A stretch of DNA of 64,000 nt, taken from assembly GCA_008690995.1 (NCBI GenBank), contig VRMN01000013.1:310001-374000 (forward strand), written 5' to 3'. Both the position numbers and the translations under genes were made by a program. Positions 1-11,900 of the stretch are shown here, one piece after another (the first letter of the stretch is position 1; every line of letters begins with the position of its first letter). Source of the DNA: Porphyridium purpureum. Its lineage: Eukaryota. The notes below the pieces were generated by a model. The model did no database searches, was not told the origin of the DNA, and worked only from the letters and a program-made list of their open reading frames with translations.

Positions 1-1063
1 ATTGTCCATCGACAACTGCAGGCATGCATCGGCTACTCGGCGTTACCAGAGGTGCTGTACGATTCGAAGCACATTAAGGGGTTTTCCAATGTGATGAATG
101 AGCTTAACCGCAGCGCACAATATGCACCGCGTAAATCAGTCCACTTGCACACGCTGATGTTCTTTCGGCACAAGGCGATGCGACAGCAAGCGCGCACTGC
201 GCGCATGCAGAGAATAGCCTGGTAGGTTTGATCTCCACAGCCAGACTGGAGGGAATTCTGTACTTGGATGAGAAGCGCACGCAACGTCTCGCGCACGGTG
301 GCCATTCGGTTCAGTACGAGCAGGGTAGTGAATCAATGTCATGCAGACGGTTGACGTGATAGTGTCAGTCGACAAGGTTCCTGACCGTGAAGGCCGCGTC
401 GAGTTCCAGTTTGCATAACCTGAGAATGGCTAATCAAGTAATGGGTTTCGCGCCGGGCTGTGCTTGCAGTGATATTAGTTTGTGTCTCTCTGTCACGGGC
501 CTGGCTTTTGACTTGTTTCGCAACGCAAAACTCAGTGATTGATGCTGTTTCAGCGGCCTTCCTGCCGAAGCAGCTCTCTTCTTTTGCCTGAGGACCAGCT
601 GTCTCTCGGCGTCGGCATGACATGAGACTTCCTACTTCTTAAGTACTTCACGCTGCACAATTCGTATTCGATCTGCCTCTTGTCGCAAATTAGAACCCAC
701 CTGTGCGTCCGACACTATCTGTGAAAATGAATCGCTGCCCTCTTCGCTTCCATCAAACCTTGTTTCGATTTTTCTCTTGCAGACATGACTACGAGAGCAT
801 GTTTAGTACACAGCAGCGCGGTGTTGCTTCTTAGAATGCACGTGGGCGAGTCTGCGTGTGTGCGAAAGTGCGTTCAAACACGCTAGAATACAGGGACTCT
901 GCGCACGTGGAGTGTGCGCTTGCGTCACCCACCGTTTCTAACAGAGAAACCCGGTGCACGCCAGTCGATCTGACAGTCCAATCAAGTGCCATCTAACGCG
1001 CGTGAAGGCAACGGAAAGAGAGGGCCTTCTTCCTGAAGAACGTCGCACGATATATCGCCGAGG

Positions 1064-4000
1064 ATGCCGAAAACCAAGTACACGCACAAGCACTCGAAAG
1101 AAAAGCGGCCCCAGAGGTACCGAAAATATGCTCAACATACAAGAGACGTACATGAAGCGGGACGGTCAAGACGCGGCGACGTACATTCAGCGCTGCCAGC
1201 ACCCAGCTCGACATCACGGTCGGGTGAAGCAGCGCTTGCGTTGGTCACGGAACCACAGCGTGTCGCTTGTGTACATTGCGGAATAAGGGGTTCACACGAT
1301 GGGCCATATGAATCTATTGTGGCGGAACGGCACGAATCTGGTCTATGCCCCCATGAAGCTACACTATCAGACGATGGCTCCGCTCCAGCACCCTTATCAG
1401 GCGCCCGTAGTGCGCTTCTACGGGACGCAGATACATTCCAACAGAGAACAGGGCATGGTCCAAGTTGTATGACCGGACCGGTAGCTCGAATTGGTAGTAC
1501 AAACGAACGAAGAACAATGGATGCAGACAACACTTTCGCTGCACGATCTGACGACACAATGGAAATATTCGAGTATCCACAAGAAAATTCCCGTCCTAAT
1601 TCTGACGAAGAGGATTACTTGCCCGAGCTGCCCGAATCTGAAGACGAATTTCAGGCACCTGAAGAAGCAATGAGCGACGACATACGCTTATTTAACGCCA
1701 TTGCGAATCAGCGGACGACGGAGTTTGAACGAGCACTTGCCTCGGTGCCGGATGCAACGACTTATGCGGAGCGTCATGTTCTTCGAAGGCAGAGCGCAGA
1801 CAATTTCTGCCGGGAGATAGAGCTGGCGTGGACAGAAAGTATTCCTGATAGTGCTCGTCAAGGTAATTTTGCTGCAAATATGACTGCGGCTGATACAGAA
1901 CAAATCTGCGGGAATGCAGATCTAAGCTTTCTTGAGCTTGAGCTCACGAAATTTCGTATCGAGATTGAGCAGTGTCTGCGCCAGTCAAGTGGTTTCATCT
2001 CACGTCATGTACATAATACCTTGTTCAAAACGATGCAGCAAATACTTGCAGTCGTTTTACATTACAGAGGAGTTGGTCGGACAACGAGCCAGATAGAAGT
2101 CCACGCACAGGGTGGGCGAGCAACGATTCCGGCAGCGAACACGGACCGCGCACGCATCGGCAGAGAGAGCGCGGAAAACATCACAGAGGCATGTAGAGCT
2201 CTTTTCAGTGCCAACATCAGCACGGCCCTTCATCGGCAGAAGATTTTCATTCCAGGGATTGCGATCCAACAAACACGAATCCCTTTCGGGCGCAATCTAA
2301 AAAGATACCGACCAGAAGGCTTCACAACCGAAATCGCATATCGTGACGCAACCTCTCTGGTTATACGGGACGTGAAACATATCATGCAGATGTACGGGGC
2401 AGACGCATTCCAAATCACGCGTCTAAATTGCGAACTCGGCGCGAACCAGCCACCTGCATGGGTATCTGCTCAAGAAGCATATGACCAGCGTGGCACGGAA
2501 AGGACCGCAAGAGGCGCCCGCCATAGGCTGGCACGTGCACACGTGGAGGAGACAATACGTAAAATGCAAGAGTTCAAGGATCGTCCGGTTGAGGATTTTC
2601 TTCACGACTTTGCCGGAACTGACAGCGCAGTGGCAGGGCAAATGCAGGGACCGGGAATGCAGACGGCAGGTGCGAACGAAAGCGTTGCCAGTTCACCTTT
2701 CGAAGGCTCTGCGCCCGCCGAGAGCGAATCCTTCCGCCACGCTCAAGATGCTTGGTACCTGCGACATGTTTACTCGCGCGTCCTCGAGCATTCATATTTT
2801 AGAGACGAGCGCAACCCGCCCCCACTTATCATCCCAGTGGCCATTTACGCAGACGGTGCGCATATGCACAAAAATGCGCTGCATGAACTGACGCCAATTT
2901 CAATTTCTATCATTCATAGAATGAAGTTTGAACACAATGGAGATCATCGTCTTCCCATGACTGTAGCATGCATGCCGGATGGGACCTTGAACGAATGGCA
3001 GACATTGGACAGTATACGGATGCAGAGCTCAACACAGGCGAGGGCTACAGGCAGAGACATGCCTCAGAACGTTATGAAAGAGTTCCGCAAGTCCATGTAC
3101 CACGGCATCTTTGCCTTTCTTTTCGGTGACTGGTTGCGCGGTGCATGGCACGCTGGGATGCCCTTCTTTTTTGAGCTGTCCGCGCACGGTAAGAGGTGGA
3201 CGTGCATCCCCACGATCTACAATCTTGGCATGGATATGCCAATGGTTGCGCGTCTGTCTTTCACACGTCTTTCAAGACCGAAGGACCAAAAAATGCCATG
3301 TCAGCAGTGCGAAGCCGCTGGTGGCGGTCAGCGGGAGCAACGGCAGGAAGCAAGGCCTGTCGAAAATCAGTCTAGCCAGCAACTGCAAGAGCTGGAGAGA
3401 GCGCATGATCGGAGAGACCGCCCGGATCTGGCTGGCCAGACTATCTGTCGAAAGCGGCCTCGGAACTCAGACCAAGACTACTGGACGTTGTACAACGGTT
3501 TAAACGGACTTCGCTCCGGGTTTCGCTTCGAAGCAGAGACCATCCACGCCATTGAGGTAAATGACATTGTTGCACTTGATGAAATGTCCGTAGACAGACC
3601 GGGTTCTCCTTTGTTCAAGGGTCTCGACGCGTTCCACCCTTGGGGCATTTTTCTCTTTACGTGTGCAGACGCAATGCACGCTTTCAAGAAGCTGCTGTTC
3701 CGCGACTGGGTAACCGTGGGCTTGGAAATGCTGTTGTTGTGTCACAAAGCGAAGCAGGTTGGGCCCGCGTGCGAACAGGAGGAAGAGCATGACTGGTCGG
3801 ATGATAGCCTTATACACGCGTCTTCGGCTCAGACGTCTCGAGTACGTGCTGTGAGCGTGCGCCAGGCCGAAAACACCGCACGCAACCGGTCTGAAAAGGT
3901 AACACACTCCATGTTGGACTCGGCGGCTGGTCGATGGATTAAAATTGAGGCTGTTCGAATGCAGCAAGATCTCACAACAAGAGGACACAACCAATTCCAA

Positions 4001-5584
4001 ATTCCAATGCGCGCCGTACCAGTGACGGATGAGGTCGGAAAAATTGTCGAGAACAAGTATTCTCTCAGCATCTTGTTACGTGTTCTAGTTATCCTTGCGT
4101 CTGGACACACACGTTGCTCAATGGACGGGCGCGTGCTGTCAGGCTGGATTGGGGTCTGCGTTGCCAGCTTAGGCGCGTATCGTTACCTGTACTTGAAGTG
4201 CCCCGGTAAAATGGACATGTACAATGCAGAGTTTTTCTTATCCAGGGTTAGCAAGTGTATGAACAGCATCCGGCAGGAGGGTCCGCAATTTGCAAGGGCT
4301 GTCGGTGATCGACCGAAGTACCATGCGATTCTCCACTTGGCCACAATGGTGCAGTTGCTCGGACGTCAGCGTTTATTTGACGTCTGTGGCGGAGAGTCTC
4401 TGATGAAGTACCTGCGCCGCATCTTTGATCGCCTTCCGGCTCGAAACCTGAATGTGCGCCGTGATCTTGCGCATAAAACAATACTGCAAACTTGCGAAAC
4501 CGATGAAGCGTTTTCATATGCGATTTCTCTGCTTGAGCGTCGAAAAGAAAAGACCGGAAATGGGCTACGCGGTGAATGCACAGGAGAACCGAGCAGTTCG
4601 GCCCAGCAGGCAAACAATACAGGATGTACGCCGAGCGTGCGCGAACACTACGTTTTCTTCTTGACTGGCGACATCCGCACGGTTCTAGACAAAACACAAC
4701 GACGCACAAATGCTGCATCAAACACGCTGACTAGCCACCTATCACTTGATGTGGAGGGTGTGTTCTCATATGTGACATCCAATTTCGATACACGTCCGGA
4801 CGGTTGCTTCATTCAGAGTCTTTCGCGAGGTACGATATGTACCCGTGACCGCGTTGCATTTGCCAGCGATATTCTCGACGCACTGCAGCATGCGTCTCCT
4901 CGGGTGCATTTGGGCGTGCGAGATTTCTTGGAGCGCTCACGCAGGGCTCCAATCATGTTGACGCAGGCTTTCGTACTCCGGAAGTTCAAAGAAGGATGTC
5001 GAACCCAAGTTATGGATCAGATAGCACCTCTGCTTGATGCAGACGCAAACAATCAGGCAGCTGGTTACGAAGAGGACGTTTCGGCTGGACGTACAGAGGC
5101 TCTGCACGACATTTTTGTCTGCTCGCCTACGTATATGGGGCGTCCGCGATACGATTTCATTCAGTATGTCTCTGAGAACGGCTCAAACGATACTCCACGG
5201 TTTGGCGAACTCGTCCTGCTCGCCAACCTGAGTGGAACACGTGGAGTTGCGTTCATCTGTCCATTGGAAACAGAATCGTTCTGCCGAGAACGAAACGCAG
5301 GTGCCGTCTGTCCGTGCCAGCAGATCGCGCAAGTGTTCATACATAGCAAGAGGCGCACGAGAGCGCATGAAATCAACAGGGAACATACACTTCATGATGC
5401 GTGCAATGATTATGGTATCGATTCGCAGAAGCGCAGGTTCCTGATCTGTATATCTGTGGAGTCTATCATTCAGAAGGTCACCGCATTCATGGATGTATCA
5501 CAAAGCCACACATGTCTGCCTCTGGAACAAAAGTACTACATCGTAAGCCCTAATTTATGCGAAGGTGTTGAAACGTACGCGTAG
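1064..5584 (+). CDS. Plavaka / CACTA(CMC)-like DDE transposase, 1506 aa (real start may be the ATG at 1517)
   Basis: Motifs in the order expected for Plavaka/EnSpm-type transposases: IIPVAIYADG...LTPISISI (~2830-2910), GMDMP (~3225), CxxC (MPCQQC), ADAMH (~3665), PKYHAILH...LG...GGES (~4310-4400) and a C-terminal RYDFI...FGELVLL. The ORF is uninterrupted. Confidence 0.75.
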   Translation: MPKTKYTHKHSKEKRPQRYRKYAQHTRDVHEAGRSRRGDVHSALPAPSSTSRSGEAALALVTEPQRVACVHCGIRGSHDGPYESIVAERHESGLCPHEATLSDDGSAPAPLSGARSALLRDADTFQQRTGHGPSCMTGPVARIGSTNERRTMDADNTFAARSDDTMEIFEYPQENSRPNSDEEDYLPELPESEDEFQAPEEAMSDDIRLFNAIANQRTTEFERALASVPDATTYAERHVLRRQSADNFCREIELAWTESIPDSARQGNFAANMTAADTEQICGNADLSFLELELTKFRIEIEQCLRQSSGFISRHVHNTLFKTMQQILAVVLHYRGVGRTTSQIEVHAQGGRATIPAANTDRARIGRESAENITEACRALFSANISTALHRQKIFIPGIAIQQTRIPFGRNLKRYRPEGFTTEIAYRDATSLVIRDVKHIMQMYGADAFQITRLNCELGANQPPAWVSAQEAYDQRGTERTARGARHRLARAHVEETIRKMQEFKDRPVEDFLHDFAGTDSAVAGQMQGPGMQTAGANESVASSPFEGSAPAESESFRHAQDAWYLRHVYSRVLEHSYFRDERNPPPLIIPVAIYADGAHMHKNALHELTPISISIIHRMKFEHNGDHRLPMTVACMPDGTLNEWQTLDSIRMQSSTQARATGRDMPQNVMKEFRKSMYHGIFAFLFGDWLRGAWHAGMPFFFELSAHGKRWTCIPTIYNLGMDMPMVARLSFTRLSRPKDQKMPCQQCEAAGGGQREQRQEARPVENQSSQQLQELERAHDRRDRPDLAGQTICRKRPRNSDQDYWTLYNGLNGLRSGFRFEAETIHAIEVNDIVALDEMSVDRPGSPLFKGLDAFHPWGIFLFTCADAMHAFKKLLFRDWVTVGLEMLLLCHKAKQVGPACEQEEEHDWSDDSLIHASSAQTSRVRAVSVRQAENTARNRSEKVTHSMLDSAAGRWIKIEAVRMQQDLTTRGHNQFQIPMRAVPVTDEVGKIVENKYSLSILLRVLVILASGHTRCSMDGRVLSGWIGVCVASLGAYRYLYLKCPGKMDMYNAEFFLSRVSKCMNSIRQEGPQFARAVGDRPKYHAILHLATMVQLLGRQRLFDVCGGESLMKYLRRIFDRLPARNLNVRRDLAHKTILQTCETDEAFSYAISLLERRKEKTGNGLRGECTGEPSSSAQQANNTGCTPSVREHYVFFLTGDIRTVLDKTQRRTNAASNTLTSHLSLDVEGVFSYVTSNFDTRPDGCFIQSLSRGTICTRDRVAFASDILDALQHASPRVHLGVRDFLERSRRAPIMLTQAFVLRKFKEGCRTQVMDQIAPLLDADANNQAAGYEEDVSAGRTEALHDIFVCSPTYMGRPRYDFIQYVSENGSNDTPRFGELVLLANLSGTRGVAFICPLETESFCRERNAGAVCPCQQIAQVFIHSKRRTRAHEINREHTLHDACNDYGIDSQKRRFLICISVESIIQKVTAFMDVSQSHTCLPLEQKYYIVSPNLCEGVETYA

Positions 5585-6669
5585 GTATTCATCGCGAGAA
5601 CGTGCAACGACGGGTTTCCATGCATAGGGCAGTCTGGATCGATCGATACCCTCGTGTGAAGAAAACGAGGGGACGCCAAACAACATTTACATGTGAGAAA
5701 TACAGATCAGCCTCTATGAAACAAATGTACGGGTCTCGCACAGTGCATGGATGCGCTTAGAATGGCAAGCAGACAGACGAACATGCCATATGTTGTGTTA
5801 CTTGCGTCCAAAGTCTGCGGGACCAAGGTGCATGACAAGAATTTGGAATAATCGATCCCAGTAAAGAGGCATTGTAACAAAGTATGATGACTGGCAAGTC
5901 TGACGCATGACCGCAATGAACCTCATGTACATGCGCGCATCTAAGCATGCAATTTCAGGCCCGGTGGGGCTTCACGTAGCTCACAAAAGACACGGCACCC
6001 AGCGGTCATAATGCATTCCGGCCTCTATGAGCTTGTGGATTTGAGACTTGGACATTCAATTCTGCTTTCCGTGCACGGCACGAAGCTGAAGACTACTCTT
6101 GATTGCAGTGCGCTTGCGTTTAAAGGGCATGACGTGGCGTACAGACCTCTACGGAATTGCGCGCGCGCACAGAGCGATCGATCGGAAGCACAACGGACAG
6201 TTAGGAATCGCACCCCAACTCCCGATGTTCAACGAAACTATTTGCAACACCTGCCATCCCTGTGCTAGGCAAGCATTTCAAAACCCAAGCAAACAAGGAT
6301 CTCTCGTCACAGGGACGTACTCGGCGAATGTGTAAGAGATCACTAGAATTCGAATTCAGAATCTTTGAAGCCTATCCAATATGCGGTGCTTTAGCACTGG
6401 CACTTGTTGGCACGGTCGAGCACAACCATTCAGATTACACGGCCATGCGTTCTGACGCTCATGTTAAGGTAAACATCGAAAGTCTGCCCAGCCGAGCTGG
6501 TTCGTAATCCGCCAAGCAGATTCAGTCAAAGCGCACTGGATATGATGCGATCTGTTCACGGATACAAAAGCAGGCCGGAAGGCGAATGCTACAATCAGAG
6601 ACAGACTGAAACCTCCCGACGCACGCAGGAACAGCCAACTATCTGTGCAGAAAGACATGCACCTTTCGG

Positions 6670-8190
6670 TCACACAACCGTCCCGATTTCCACAGTGGCT
6701 CGTGCATTCTTAGCAACAATATAGCGTTTGGCCTGATCCACGGACGCCTTGAGGTCCACCTTGACACGCGCTCCTGGATACGGGTCACGATAGTTCTGGA
6801 CCTGCGCATGCGCCGAAACTCTCAACCCGCTTTCGACATATAGTTTGCGACTAAATCTGATACACGACTCGTGCATCGCAACCCACGCGTACGACTGATC
6901 TTGACCTAAAGGGACAAAGAAGCGCACGAGCACGCGTGTTTCTTGTTTCGCACTGGCCGTCCGGACAATAAATACCTGATCAAATTCACTTGAAACATGA
7001 CCGGAATCTAGAATCACAATACCAGGCCAGAACGGATGATTGCCGGCTTTGGCGAAAACGAGCTCCGGATACGAAATGCCGACGGCCTGGGCACAACGAA
7101 TCAACCACGCTCGCACAGACGAAACACGTCGATTGTACGTTTGTCGGCTTAAGTCAATCAGGCGACGTTCTGACCTCACGTGTACCACATTACGTTCCCG
7201 AACGCGGTCCGAATCAGACAATGCGTCGTTTGCCACTTCATCACGCACAAGCTTCCTCACCTTCAAATTAGTTTGTTCATCATCGTCTGAGCCGTCGCTT
7301 TCCTCGCTCACCTGGCCCCGTTTAGAACCATGGAGTACAGGGGAATGACGAAAACCCGGACGGCCTCGTTCGTCCAGCCTTACATTCATTGCTTGTAGTT
7401 CCCTTGCATACACTTCGTTTTGTCGTTCGAGCTCACGTAATCGTCGGAGCACATCATGCAATTCTCGAGTGTAGTCCAGCGCAGCCACTGCTTGTGTTAA
7501 AGCTCGCAGGAGATTCTGTGCGTTGGGCTCTACCTGACCAGCACCAAGATGACGCACACTTCGAGACGACCCTGACAGCGGGGACGCCATATCACGACGT
7601 AACGTCGCATCAATGCCACCATGCTGTCGCTCAGTATCAGGTAAGCCATTACCGAGGTGCTCGGGCTGATACCTTTCTCCTCGCCAACCCGCCACGCCAC
7701 GTCTATCATATTCACGCAATGTTGACGCCCGTATGTTCTCTACGTGTCGAGCGGACTCCTGTAGTCTGTGTTGATGGCCTCCGGCATATGGCGAATAAAA
7801 TTCACGATGCCTAATGCCATGCAAGGGAGGATCCCTTTGTTCTCCACCAAATGAACCTTCGTGACACCTTTCGACCTCGCCATGCGGAAACACACGCCGG
7901 TCCATTTCAACATGACCATGCCTTCCTCCGACACCTTGTCGGATCAGATGATGCTGATCGAAGTTTACGGGACCCTCGATGCATCGACCGTCATAGTTAC
8001 ACTCACCATACCATCCGGCTACCGCCATGGATCGTGCGTACCATCCGGCCTCATCCTCAGATTGTCCGTTGCGTTCGGCCCCATCTAAAGTGTCTATGTG
8101 TTGACCAGCTTCACGTGTCGCACGCGCATCGAGCTCAATATCACCCGAACCAGACGTTTGGCGCGCGGGAGGACAGGAATAATGATTCAT
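6670..8190 (-). CDS. Protein with a C-terminal PWWP domain, a central coiled coil and a low-complexity N-terminus
   Basis: LVFAKAGNHPFWPGIV...VLVRFFV...SYAWV...LKASVDQAK matches the PWWP consensus (~7070-6720). Coiled coil LHDVLRRLRELERQNEVYARELQAM. First ATG at 8190. Confidence 0.8.
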   Translation of the reverse strand: MNHYSCPPARQTSGSGDIELDARATREAGQHIDTLDGAERNGQSEDEAGWYARSMAVAGWYGECNYDGRCIEGPVNFDQHHLIRQGVGGRHGHVEMDRRVFPHGEVERCHEGSFGGEQRDPPLHGIRHREFYSPYAGGHQHRLQESARHVENIRASTLREYDRRGVAGWRGERYQPEHLGNGLPDTERQHGGIDATLRRDMASPLSGSSRSVRHLGAGQVEPNAQNLLRALTQAVAALDYTRELHDVLRRLRELERQNEVYARELQAMNVRLDERGRPGFRHSPVLHGSKRGQVSEESDGSDDDEQTNLKVRKLVRDEVANDALSDSDRVRERNVVHVRSERRLIDLSRQTYNRRVSSVRAWLIRCAQAVGISYPELVFAKAGNHPFWPGIVILDSGHVSSEFDQVFIVRTASAKQETRVLVRFFVPLGQDQSYAWVAMHESCIRFSRKLYVESGLRVSAHAQVQNYRDPYPGARVKVDLKASVDQAKRYIVAKNARATVEIGTVV

Positions 8191-8991
8191 CGTACGAACA
8201 GCCCCAAAACAATACCTCGTTGCTCTCCTCTCGCGCGCGCACACACACACAACGACACACCCAAACACACGCTGCAGCACGTGCGAATGTGATACCAATT
8301 TTGAGATGCGTTTGAACTGGTGGACCTGTTGAAAGCCAAACGACAAACGAATGAAGACTCAAGACTAGAACCTATACCCTCAGGGCCACCGGCTATCGGT
8401 ATCCGATAAGGCGTGCCATAAAGTGCTGCGAACGTTTGCTACTGTCAGTCTGCGGCGCGAACGCGAAGACACTGCGCGTCCGTGGAGATAAAAGGCCTTC
8501 GCATGCAGCTTACTTGGTGCGGTCAACTGTGCTGTTACGATGAACGACACGCGTCAGCAGAGTGAGACGTTTGAACGCACGAAGCATACGACCTCGCAAT
8601 ATTTCAAGCATCAGGCTAAAAAGACAGGTGCGGCAAACGAATTCAACCCTTCAGATTCCAGCTTGCTCCAGATTTTGCACAGCTCAGTACAAATGTGAAA
8701 AGATGCTGGGTAATGTAGCCCTGACATCGGTATTATTGCCAAGAACACTTTTAATGCAAGCATTGGTCGCACGTGCTCAAACCATAATATGATGATAACC
8801 GATTCGGCCGATAGTCTTCATGATACGCTCTCAACTTTTTTAATGTCATTGCAACGGATTTAATACATAATTAAATACATTTGCTGAAGTGACTTCAACT
8901 GTACCGTCAACAATTCATCGTAACCCTTGAGTAACCCTGATATTGTAGGTTTATAACACATTACCTTGTACATTAAGGTTTAGCGCATCCA

Positions 8992-11900
8992 ATGTTTGAA
9001 CTGCACGCCATGTTGCTCGCCGTTGAAAGACAGATGGCGCGACATGCAAACGCAGCCGTCGAGGGCGCAGCGCTGCTCACGCGCGCGCGGGGAAATCCGG
9101 GCGATTACCGTCACTCCCACCGATCAGCACAAGCACGCACGACCTTCCGCGGAGCATGTTGGAAATGCGGGCGCGAGGGCCACACTAGGCGGAATTGTCC
9201 GCAAAACACGGACAAGGGTGGGCATGGAACAGATGGCTCCTCTCCAGTCGGAAGCCTTGGAGCAGCGTGCTTCGCTCTGATGACGAAGTCATACGCGGAC
9301 GCCGCCCGTGCGCATGTGCTTACCAAGACGCAGCCAACGAAATCAACGATTCCGGACGCTCGCTGGATAATTGACTCCGGGGCGTCGAGACACATGACAG
9401 CAAATCGAAACCTTCTTGAGAACATAAGAGCGTGTTCGGAACGCATACGAGTGGCAGACGACCGAGAGGTGTCGGCGTCAGCGGTAGGGGACGCTTGGGT
9501 TTCTAATGTGTTGCTTTCCAATGTACTCTTCGTCCCCGGACTCGCACACAGTCTCATATCTGTTCCTGCGCTCACGGCAGAAGGAGCAAGGGTCAAATTT
9601 GAGCATGACCGCTGCTGCGTCGAAGGCAAAAATGTCAACTGGAAACTGGAAGGAAAGCTGCAAGGTGGACTGTACGCGCTTCGTTCGAGTACCGCTCAAA
9701 CCCGCGCAAAGCTCGAGCACCAAAGGCTGTGTCACCCATCTGATGAATCATTTTGTGACACTTGCGTAAGAGCAAAAGCCGCACGACGCAGCTATCCGGC
9801 ATCAAGCCAGCGAGCAGAGAAACCCCTTGAGCTCGTTCACTCCGACTTGCTCACGATAACACCGCAAGGATTCCGAGGTGAGCGATACGTGGTTACGCTG
9901 CTGGACGAAGCAACTGGGTTGGCGGGTTGCTTCCCGATACGACACAAAAGTGAAACGCTCACCGCTCTGAAAAGCATGGTGCGCGCAATGGAAGCCATGT
10001 GCGGGCATAGCGTTCGGGCGCTTCGCACGGACAAAGGTACTGAGTACGTTAACGCACCCACTCGAGCGTGGGCCGATGCGTCAGGAATACGCCTTGAATC
10101 TGGACCTCCGTTCGTGCCGCAGATGAACGGAAGCGCGGAACGCTTCAATCGAACACTACTCGAGCGAGTCCGTGCGGTCGTACTGGCGAAGGGACTGAAC
10201 AAACATTTGTGGCCGGAATTGGCCCCGGCAGTCTGTTACGTTCTCAATCGAAGCCCCAATACACGAGGAACAGTTCCTATCGTGGCCTGTGGAAAATCGG
10301 GCGATTTGGACCACTTACGTGTACTCGGTTCTCGCGCATATGTTTACGAAAGGGGCCCAGACAAGCTCGACGCCCGAGCTCGCGCAGGTATCCTGGTCGG
10401 CTACGGTGAAAGACACAAAGTGTACAGAATCTTGCTGAATGGAACACAAACAGTTGTCGAGGCAACGAATGTGAGAATAATAGAGGAAGACCAGGCACAT
10501 GAGCTGGAGGCGACGCACGCCGAGACGGAAACAGCGACCGGACTTGTACACAACAACGGACCAGATGTACCAAGATTACTGCACGAATCCGGCGGAGACA
10601 CAGCTGACAATACCGGTCTGGCCAGCGAATGCCGACAAGTCACGACGGAAGAGCATGCCTGGACGCTTGATGAGGATGAGGCGATGGCCAATTCGCTCAT
10701 CTCCAATGGGTGGAACTTCGAGAGAGCCGCGGAACACGATGATCTGCGTCGGAGGTCACCTCTGGAGATCCTCCAGCGAGCACGTGATCTTGGCCTCACC
10801 GAACAGAACTTTCGCGAAATGCTGTACGTGAATGAGAGCGAAGAAGACGCTGGAGCACAACGCGGACGCAGTGCGAGCGAAGAGCAAGGTTTGACGCACA
10901 CGATGACGCCACGATATCAGCATGAACGAGGCGAACCAGTGCAGCAGGACTCGCCGCCACCCGCGCCGAGGCGTTCAGAACGTCTCCGGCGACCACCCGC
11001 GCGTTTTTGGAACAGCCCGGAAGATGCGCACTTATCTGTCGTGATGGCTACGGAGCCAACTCCGTGCGCCTATGTGACACGGTTAATCACGCAGAAGGAA
11101 GAGCTTGAAACTATGGAGGCAAAGGAGGCAATCAAGAAGGAATTGGGCGCCATGATCAGCATGTCCGTATTCGACCCAGACTCCGTCATCGAATATGACG
11201 AGGCTCGAAAACATATCGGTGCGCAATTTGTACGAGGCAAACTAATCGTATCTGAGAAATTCGTGGAGCAGGACGCTAATCGGCGAGTTCTGAAAGCTCG
11301 GCTTGTAGCACAAGGATGCCTCGTCTACGACTGCAATGGACATCTCGTGCGAGACAATACATTCCAGTACGAAAAGCCCATCGGGTTGCGATCAGCCAGA
11401 ATCGCCATTGCGCATGGAAGGATCGCAGGAGATTTGGCAACGTTCGACGTAGACTCTGCGTATCTTTCGACGGAACTGAAGGGGCCGAAAACGTTCCTGG
11501 AATTGCCAATGGAAGCACGCCCTGAGTCGTGGGGAATTCGCTTCGCTCGACCCGTCGTCCCACTGATTAAAGCGCTATATGGGTTGCCGCGGTCAGGCGC
11601 TGACTTTGGGGCGGATGCAAGGCAGAAGATTATCAAGCAAGGGTGGGCTCAGGCATCCGGAGATATGAACATGTACTTTAAAGCTTTCGGATGCGCGAAG
11701 GTCCTCATGGCTCTTTACGTGGACGACGGTCTGCTTGCGGGCGACCCGGAGGCAGTCGACAAGGCCATTCTGGAGATCTGCGCCATCTTCAAAATATCCA
11801 AAGCAATTAAGAGAATGTCGAAGGGTGGAAACGTTACCTTCCTGGGTATGACGGTAGACGCGAGCCCGGACGCATGGTCATTGCACAGTAACGGCTATTC

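Larger units (their letters stand above)
1..8985. mobile_element. Putative large Plavaka/CACTA-like DNA transposon (transposase plus PWWP gene); left end outside the window
   Basis: Transposase and convergent PWWP ORF share a visibly lower GC composition than the host genes. An AT-rich tract with repeated AACC(C/T)T motifs at 8840-8985 abuts a truncated copia gag. Confidence 0.5.

Noticed and set aside
33..623. Short minus-strand ORFs as a third transposon gene
   Set aside because: All are under 100 aa with no recognisable motif; they cannot be supported without the upstream sequence.
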